64,000 nucleotides of DNA from Candidatus Cloacimonadota bacterium (GTDB lineage: Bacteria; Cloacimonadota; Cloacimonadia; Cloacimonadales; WRIO01), in the NCBI GenBank assembly GCA_029564175.1, contig JAKQQL010000474.1, positions 1-64,000 on the forward strand. The letters are read 5' to 3'. Position 1 is the stretch's first letter. Each line of letters starts with the position of its first letter. A program made the position numbers and the translations under genes. Below, piece after piece: positions 58,585 through 64,000 of this stretch. The notes beneath the pieces were generated by a model. The model did no database searches, was not told where the DNA came from, and was given only the letters and a program-made list of their open reading frames with translations.

Positions 58585-59600
58585 TGGTTATGACTTCGAC
58601 AAATTTATTAATAATCTTGTGTGTTGTAATAATTGTTCTTTTAATTATTGGCTATAATTCCAATGAAGACAATAATTTTAACAAAAAGAAAAAGAACATT
58701 GAGGAAAAAAAGAAAAGAAAGGATGACCTCAATGTTATTAAGAACCTAACAAAAGAAATAGCTCAAAAGGATGAACAATCAACTCAATTAATTCAAGAAT
58801 TTCTCAAAAGAGAAACTGCTTCAATCATAATGAGTGAAGAGAAAAATAGATTTTACGAATCAATTATGGATCACACATCTTCACCAATTTATGTTCAGGA
58901 TATGAAAGGAAAATTTATTTTAATAAATAAAGCTTTTACAGAAATGTTTAAAATAAATAAATCAGAACTTGATCTACAAAAATATAACAATACTAATTTT
59001 CTAAATAGGCTTCTTACGGATTTTGACATGCATGAAAATCTTTTGTCTGATGCTTTTGTATTTGATTATAAAGAACCAACTTCTTGTTTATTTCAATTGA
59101 CAAATGGAAAGGTTATTACCATTAAAAAAACCTATTATCAAAATTCTGTGATGGAATCTTTTCTAATTGGTATTATTAGTGATATTTCAGAACTACACAA
59201 AGAAAAGGAAGCTGTTTCTTATGAAAAGAATATGTTAGAACTGATTCTAGATTCATTACCATTACCAATTTTCGTGACAGATGAAAACCTCATTGTTCTT
59301 AAAGTTAATAAAACACTGTGTGAATTATTTGGAAAAGAAAAGTCTGATTTCATCAATACGAAATATTGTTGTAAAGATATGTTTCAGTGTGGCCAATGTA
59401 ATCCTTGCCAAATTGATGAAAAACAAGAATTTTCTGAGAAGATATTTTTAAATGGTCAATTAATAGAACAAAAGAGATATGTTATTATTATTAGTAAAGC
59501 ATTTTTATTGAATGAAAACAAACATTTTGTAATTTCAATGTTTGATAAAAAACACGAGTATGGACTTTTTCAGAATTGCGGTGATTCAAACCATGATTAA
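58581..59600 (+). CDS. TM plus double-PAS protein
   Basis: IMDHTSSPIYVQDMKGKFILINKAF; ILDSLPLPIFVTDE...VNK. Confidence 0.8.
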   Translation: MMVMTSTNLLIILCVVIIVLLIIGYNSNEDNNFNKKKKNIEEKKKRKDDLNVIKNLTKEIAQKDEQSTQLIQEFLKRETASIIMSEEKNRFYESIMDHTSSPIYVQDMKGKFILINKAFTEMFKINKSELDLQKYNNTNFLNRLLTDFDMHENLLSDAFVFDYKEPTSCLFQLTNGKVITIKKTYYQNSVMESFLIGIISDISELHKEKEAVSYEKNMLELILDSLPLPIFVTDENLIVLKVNKTLCELFGKEKSDFINTKYCCKDMFQCGQCNPCQIDEKQEFSEKIFLNGQLIEQKRYVIIISKAFLLNENKHFVISMFDKKHEYGLFQNCGDSNHD

Positions 59601-60201
59601 GTATCTTAGAGAAAAAATATCATTCTTATTTTTGATCATCATTTCAATATCTTTTTTATTGTTGAATGGAATGAATCATATTGAAGCTTATAATAAGTAT
59701 GCTAAATCAGTTTGGAAAAACAATTATTCCTTTATTTTAGAATCAACTTCTAAGAACATTTCAAATTACATTCAACTCAATAAAAACATTAAACCATTTA
59801 ATGAAAGTCTTAAAGAAGCTTTAATATATTATGTCAAAAGTTTTTCTCTTCATGATTCATATACAAATTTCTTTTTTTATGAAACACAAGAGAATGATTT
59901 GATAAATGATTCTTTTATTGATCAATTCAAAGATAAGATTTATTATAAATTAGAAAATGATCCAAATGATATTATCAAAATGTCATCAATAGAAAATTAT
60001 CTAATACTAACACAAAAATTTATGTTATTGGAAAATAAAACTGTCTTATTGGGTATCTTAATTACACAATCAGATTTAATTGAATATTCAAATACTTATC
60101 TTTTTATTGATAGAGAAATCAATAATATTTTCTTCTTTGGAATATTTATTATTTTGTTAATTCTCTATGATTATTATCTATATGTGAAAAATGAGGGATA
60201 A
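59542..60201 (+). CDS. TM-extracytoplasmic-TM protein (start probably 59593)
   Basis: two hydrophobic segments flanking about 150 aa. Confidence 0.65.
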   Translation: MIKNTSMDFFRIAVIQTMIKYLREKISFLFLIIISISFLLLNGMNHIEAYNKYAKSVWKNNYSFILESTSKNISNYIQLNKNIKPFNESLKEALIYYVKSFSLHDSYTNFFFYETQENDLINDSFIDQFKDKIYYKLENDPNDIIKMSSIENYLILTQKFMLLENKTVLLGILITQSDLIEYSNTYLFIDREINNIFFFGIFIILLILYDYYLYVKNEG

Positions 60202-60204
60202 TGA

Positions 60205-60534
60205 ATGGCAGATTTTAAACTAGAATTACTTGTTCAAGTAGCATTAAATCAAGAATCAACTGTTTTATATACTGTTCCAAATGGAAAAACCTGTATTATA
60301 ACAGAATGTATTTTATGTAATACTTCACCGAATGATGTAAATATTTATCAGTCTTTCGTTAAAAGGGCTGAAGGACTTAGCACTAAAAATACAATTATTA
60401 AAGATTTAACCCTTAAACCAAATGAAACTTATCGAATGACATTTAGCACATTTCTTGCCCCATATACGACAATTAGAATGCATGCAACAGAAGAGAATGT
60501 TGTCTCTTGCCAAATATCTGGAGTTCTGATATAA
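60205..60534 (+). CDS. conserved phage hypothetical (beta-rich)
   Basis: TVLYTVP.GKT.II...LCNTS. Confidence 0.7.
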   Translation: MADFKLELLVQVALNQESTVLYTVPNGKTCIITECILCNTSPNDVNIYQSFVKRAEGLSTKNTIIKDLTLKPNETYRMTFSTFLAPYTTIRMHATEENVVSCQISGVLI

Positions 60535-60549
60535 TAGGGAAGGCATAAT

Positions 60550-60846
60550 ATGTTTAGGTCAATAAATCAAAGATTATCAAATGATACAACAAGATTACAA
60601 GAACCTATTGTTATTGATCAAAATGTTCAGGGGATTAAAAAAGGTAATGGTTTGTTTGCTGGAAATAATTTAGAAACTGTAATTGCACATGGTTTGGGAT
60701 ATGCCCCAAAATACGTAAATGTAATTCCAATAAATAATCCTCAAGGGACTTTGGGCGAAATATGGACACGAATGGATCAAACAAATATTTATGTTGGGAA
60801 TACTGGAACATTTACAGGTCAATTTGTTTGGATTGTAATTAAATAG
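60550..60846 (+). CDS. small beta-rich virion-type protein
   Basis: IAHGLGYAP motif. Confidence 0.7.
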   Translation: MFRSINQRLSNDTTRLQEPIVIDQNVQGIKKGNGLFAGNNLETVIAHGLGYAPKYVNVIPINNPQGTLGEIWTRMDQTNIYVGNTGTFTGQFVWIVIK

Positions 60847-60861
60847 AAGGAGTAGGATGAA

Positions 60862-62370
60862 ATGGATTTATCCACAGTTGAAAAAATATATCAACAAGAT
60901 TATAAATCAGTTCCAATTATGAATTCGACATATATTATTACTGGTAAATGTAGTCTTGCATGTAAATATTGTTTTGAGAGAGGTATGCCTGCTTCAAAAA
61001 GAAAGGACATGTCCAGTCAAGTAGCTATTCAAGGAATGGAATTTCTTTTTGAAAATTCAAAACATATGCCAAATAATAGATCAATTTCAATTATGTTGTT
61101 CGGCGGAGAACCAACAATGAATCCACGAACAATTATTAGTCTAATAAATCATTATAAAAATAATATTAAACCAAGATATCCAAATAGAAATTTTAGCATG
61201 AATATTATCACGAATTGTTGTCAATTATCAGATGAACTTTATAATTGTTTTCTTGAGAATGCACAATTAATAAATCTTTCTTGCCAGGTGTCAATTGATG
61301 GCATGCCAGAGATTCAAGATTTAAATAGAATACAGCCAAATGGAAAAGGTTCTTCTCATTTAATTCCAGATACATTAAATAAATGGAAACATATTTTTAA
61401 ACATGATCCAAAACGATTGAATGTTCATGGGTGTTGCTCACCTGAAACCATTTCTTATTTATATGAAAATTATTGTTATTTTAAAGATGTTTATGGAATT
61501 TCCCAAATTTGGTTTTTACCAGTTCCAGAATTGGATTGGAAACCAGAACATGTAAAGATTTATGATGAACAAATGAATAAAATTTACCATGATGTTCTCA
61601 ATGACGTTAAAAAAACTGGCGATGTTAATCAAGCATTCTGTTATGCTCCTTTAGATAGATTTATGTCATGTGATTTTCCAGATAAACCTTGTGGAGCTGG
61701 AACAGATTATTGCACAATAACACAAGATGGAGATTTATTTCCTTGCCATCAACTTTATTTTTGTGATAAAGAAAATGAGACATGCATGGGAAATATTTGG
61801 GATGGTGTTGATGATGACAAAAGAAGAATCTTTTTAGAGTATGATAGTTTTGATTTAACCTGTCCATCTTCATGTGATCATGGAGCTTGTTATAGATGTT
61901 TTGCTTCCAATTATCAAAATCGTGGATCAATGTTATCTCAAATAAGAGGATATTATTGTTCGATGATGAAAATAGATCAGAAATATGAAAGAATGTTAAA
62001 GGAGGAACTTTTTAAAATGGGACTATTAAATGGAGAAAATATGAACCACAATCCAAATTGTCTATGTGATTCTCGTGGCGATCAAAATGTTTGCCATAAA
62101 GAATGTAATGGAGAATGCCAGGGGGAATGTGGCAATGAATATTGCCAAGATGGTTGCCACGATTGCCATTGCGGAAGTGAAGATCAACATATTAAATCTC
62201 AATGGCAAGATAAAGTTTGTAATTCTGAATTTGAAATAGATACATTTACTGATGAACAGGGTAATGAAATTACAATTAAGAGGCGAAAGAAACAAACCAA
62301 TATTGATGAAGCTATTAATATTTTGTCTCAAGCATTCAGTGAAGTTATTAAATTACTTCAACAGAGGTAA
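60862..62370 (+). CDS. radical SAM/SPASM maturase with Cys-rich C-terminal tail
   Basis: CSLACKYC; FGGEP; SIDG; CGAG...GDLFPC...C..C...C..C. Confidence 0.92.
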   Translation: MDLSTVEKIYQQDYKSVPIMNSTYIITGKCSLACKYCFERGMPASKRKDMSSQVAIQGMEFLFENSKHMPNNRSISIMLFGGEPTMNPRTIISLINHYKNNIKPRYPNRNFSMNIITNCCQLSDELYNCFLENAQLINLSCQVSIDGMPEIQDLNRIQPNGKGSSHLIPDTLNKWKHIFKHDPKRLNVHGCCSPETISYLYENYCYFKDVYGISQIWFLPVPELDWKPEHVKIYDEQMNKIYHDVLNDVKKTGDVNQAFCYAPLDRFMSCDFPDKPCGAGTDYCTITQDGDLFPCHQLYFCDKENETCMGNIWDGVDDDKRRIFLEYDSFDLTCPSSCDHGACYRCFASNYQNRGSMLSQIRGYYCSMMKIDQKYERMLKEELFKMGLLNGENMNHNPNCLCDSRGDQNVCHKECNGECQGECGNEYCQDGCHDCHCGSEDQHIKSQWQDKVCNSEFEIDTFTDEQGNEITIKRRKKQTNIDEAINILSQAFSEVIKLLQQR

Positions 62371-62377
62371 TTTTTAA

Positions 62378-63286
62378 ATGATGAAACGAGTTGAAACGTA
62401 TGTTGTATATGTATCCGGCAGATGTAATTGCAATTGTCATTATTGTTATCTTAAAACTGGTGGGTTGAACCCAAAACTCGATTATGATTTTGATACAGAT
62501 ATTAAACCATTATTGGACAACATCAAGAAATCTACTGAACCATTTGTAATTGAATTTCTTGGTGGTGATCCGATTGTAGATGACTTATCTGTTTTAAATT
62601 TAATCAAAACGGTTAATTATTTTCCAACTGGTCAGCCTTTCATTATTACAACAAATGGAACAAGGTTGCCAAATGAAATACTCGAATTGTTAAAATCAAA
62701 TCCAAATATTTATTGGGCGGCTTCAATGGATGGAACAAAGTGGGCTAATCAATTGAGAATTACCAAAGATGGATATAATACTTATGATTTGGTAATGGAA
62801 AATATTAAGACTCTTAAAATGAATAATATTCCTGATAAACAAATTGGCATTCACTTAATTACACATCCTTATAATATTGCTTTTCTGGAACAAAGTATTG
62901 ATCATCTTTACAAAAAAGGCATTAGAAATTTTGGAATTGGAACAGTAGAATCTACCATGAAGATAGGATATGAATATTGTTCTAGATTCATATATGAATT
63001 GAATCAAGTTTCTACCAATATTTGCAATGGTAAATATCCTGAAATTGGTATTGATTTATTTAATGGTATTAAACCAAGAGAAGATATCAGGCAATATATA
63101 CACGATGGTAATGGAAATATTATTGGTGAATCTTATGGAAGAAATAAAGATGATTTTACACAAACTGATACTTTTAATGTTCAAAAATGTGATAATACAA
63201 AGAGAAATTTAATTCAAGAAATTCGTGAAGAAGTCTATTGGAATCATCAAGATAATCTCAAAAAGAGGCTCTTTCATAATAAATAG
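62378..63286 (+). CDS. radical SAM protein (no SPASM)
   Basis: CNCNCHYC; FLGGDP; TTNGT; SMDG. Confidence 0.88.
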   Translation: MMKRVETYVVYVSGRCNCNCHYCYLKTGGLNPKLDYDFDTDIKPLLDNIKKSTEPFVIEFLGGDPIVDDLSVLNLIKTVNYFPTGQPFIITTNGTRLPNEILELLKSNPNIYWAASMDGTKWANQLRITKDGYNTYDLVMENIKTLKMNNIPDKQIGIHLITHPYNIAFLEQSIDHLYKKGIRNFGIGTVESTMKIGYEYCSRFIYELNQVSTNICNGKYPEIGIDLFNGIKPREDIRQYIHDGNGNIIGESYGRNKDDFTQTDTFNVQKCDNTKRNLIQEIREEVYWNHQDNLKKRLFHNK

Positions 63287-63297
63287 GGTGAATTTTA

Positions 63298-64000
63298 ATG
63301 GCAATTTTAATAGCAAATGAATTTTTTCTAAAACAAATTTTAGAAATGGCCAAAAGAAGAAAAGGACATACCATTTCGGATATAGATAACCAATGGGAGT
63401 CTTTGGATAAATTAAAAAACCTAATAAATAATATGGTTCAAAATAGAATTCAAACACAAGATATCTGTCATTGCAATGTTAGAACATCTTCATGTGATTG
63501 TTTTAATAGAAGTTCAACAGTTTCAACATGTCTTTGTAATTTAAGAACAGTTGGATGTGAATGTCAGGGGCGAATTATGGTTTGCCCCTCTCATTCACCA
63601 ACACCATATTCTAATACTTCTATTAGTTTAAAAGAATTGCAAGATAAGGTAAAATCATTAAGAGGTCAAACATTGAATAATTATCCATATCCCGGATGTT
63701 CTTGCCAAAATAGAACCAGCGACCCTATTTGCACTTGTCAAACTCGAACTGGAACATGTAATTGTGTTTCTCGAACACCGTCTGCAGATATATGCATTTG
63801 TAATATTTATGCGTGTGTTTGTGTTTCTAGAACAAGTGTGCCGGGGCAATGGGGAGAACAATGTTATGAATATGCTCCAAGATATAAAGATTGGCCAACC
63901 AATTTTCCATCTGGAGGAAATCAAGGATGGGATAGTTCTTGGACTGTTAGTGGACAATATATTTATGATGTTTGTCAATGTAAGGTTCGGACTATCCATC
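63298..64000 (+). CDS. CxC-x-x-R-T repeat protein (runs off the window)
   Basis: manual translation MAILIANEFFLKQ...ICHCNVRTSSCDCFNRS...CLCNLRTVGCECQGR...CSCQNRT...CTCQTRTGTCNCVSRT...; absent from the ORF track because it has no stop in the window. Confidence 0.9.
   Translation, partial: MAILIANEFFLKQILEMAKRRKGHTISDIDNQWESLDKLKNLINNMVQNRIQTQDICHCNVRTSSCDCFNRSSTVSTCLCNLRTVGCECQGRIMVCPSHSPTPYSNTSISLKELQDKVKSLRGQTLNNYPYPGCSCQNRTSDPICTCQTRTGTCNCVSRTPSADICICNIYACVCVSRTSVPGQWGEQCYEYAPRYKDWPTNFPSGGNQGWDSSWTVSGQYIYDVCQCKVRTIH

Noticed and set aside
60550..62370. Readthrough fusion of the 98-aa gene with the radical SAM gene (same frame, two TAGs)
   Set aside because: A clear AAGGAG RBS precedes the rSAM ATG, so separate genes is the simpler reading.
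63658..63999. Minus-strand 113-aa ORF
   Set aside because: Shadow of the plus-strand Cys-repeat gene.
1..64000. CRISPR array
   Set aside because: No regularly spaced repeat-spacer series seen; repeats are dispersed or coding.

Overview
AT-rich segment of a large (jumbo-like) contractile-tailed phage. 1-13.4 kb: early/accessory region driven by four sigma70-type promoters. It holds an array of about 13 tRNAs (many atypical, plus truncated copies), four HDV-like (theta-type) ribozymes fused to tRNA 3' ends, four Y-RNA-like RNAs (one with YrlA architecture), two zinc-finger/PD-(D/E)XK endonuclease genes inserted at tRNA T-loops, three non-autonomous IS200/IS605-type elements, a methyltransferase/endonuclease pair, several pseudogenes and thyX. 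13.4-54.5 kb: tail module with chaperone, tape measure, baseplate genes, three DUF4815-like paralogs, tail fibres and a GC-rich foreign DGR-target-like gene. 54.6-60.2 kb: five membrane sensor-domain genes (PAS/GAF/CHASE4-like) with no output domain. 60.9-64 kb: two radical SAM genes followed by a CxC-x-x-R-T repeat protein; the same repeat is inserted in the largest tail protein. Top leads: (1) a radical SAM system whose likely substrates are CxC-repeat virion proteins; (2) a baseplate spike reading frame with three in-frame TGA codons, two followed by SECIS-like hairpins, suggesting a selenocysteine-containing structural protein; (3) a T-loop-targeting endonuclease cassette coupled to theta ribozymes; (4) a family of Y-like RNAs with swapped cargo domains. 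All calls were made by eye, with no database searches or folding software.
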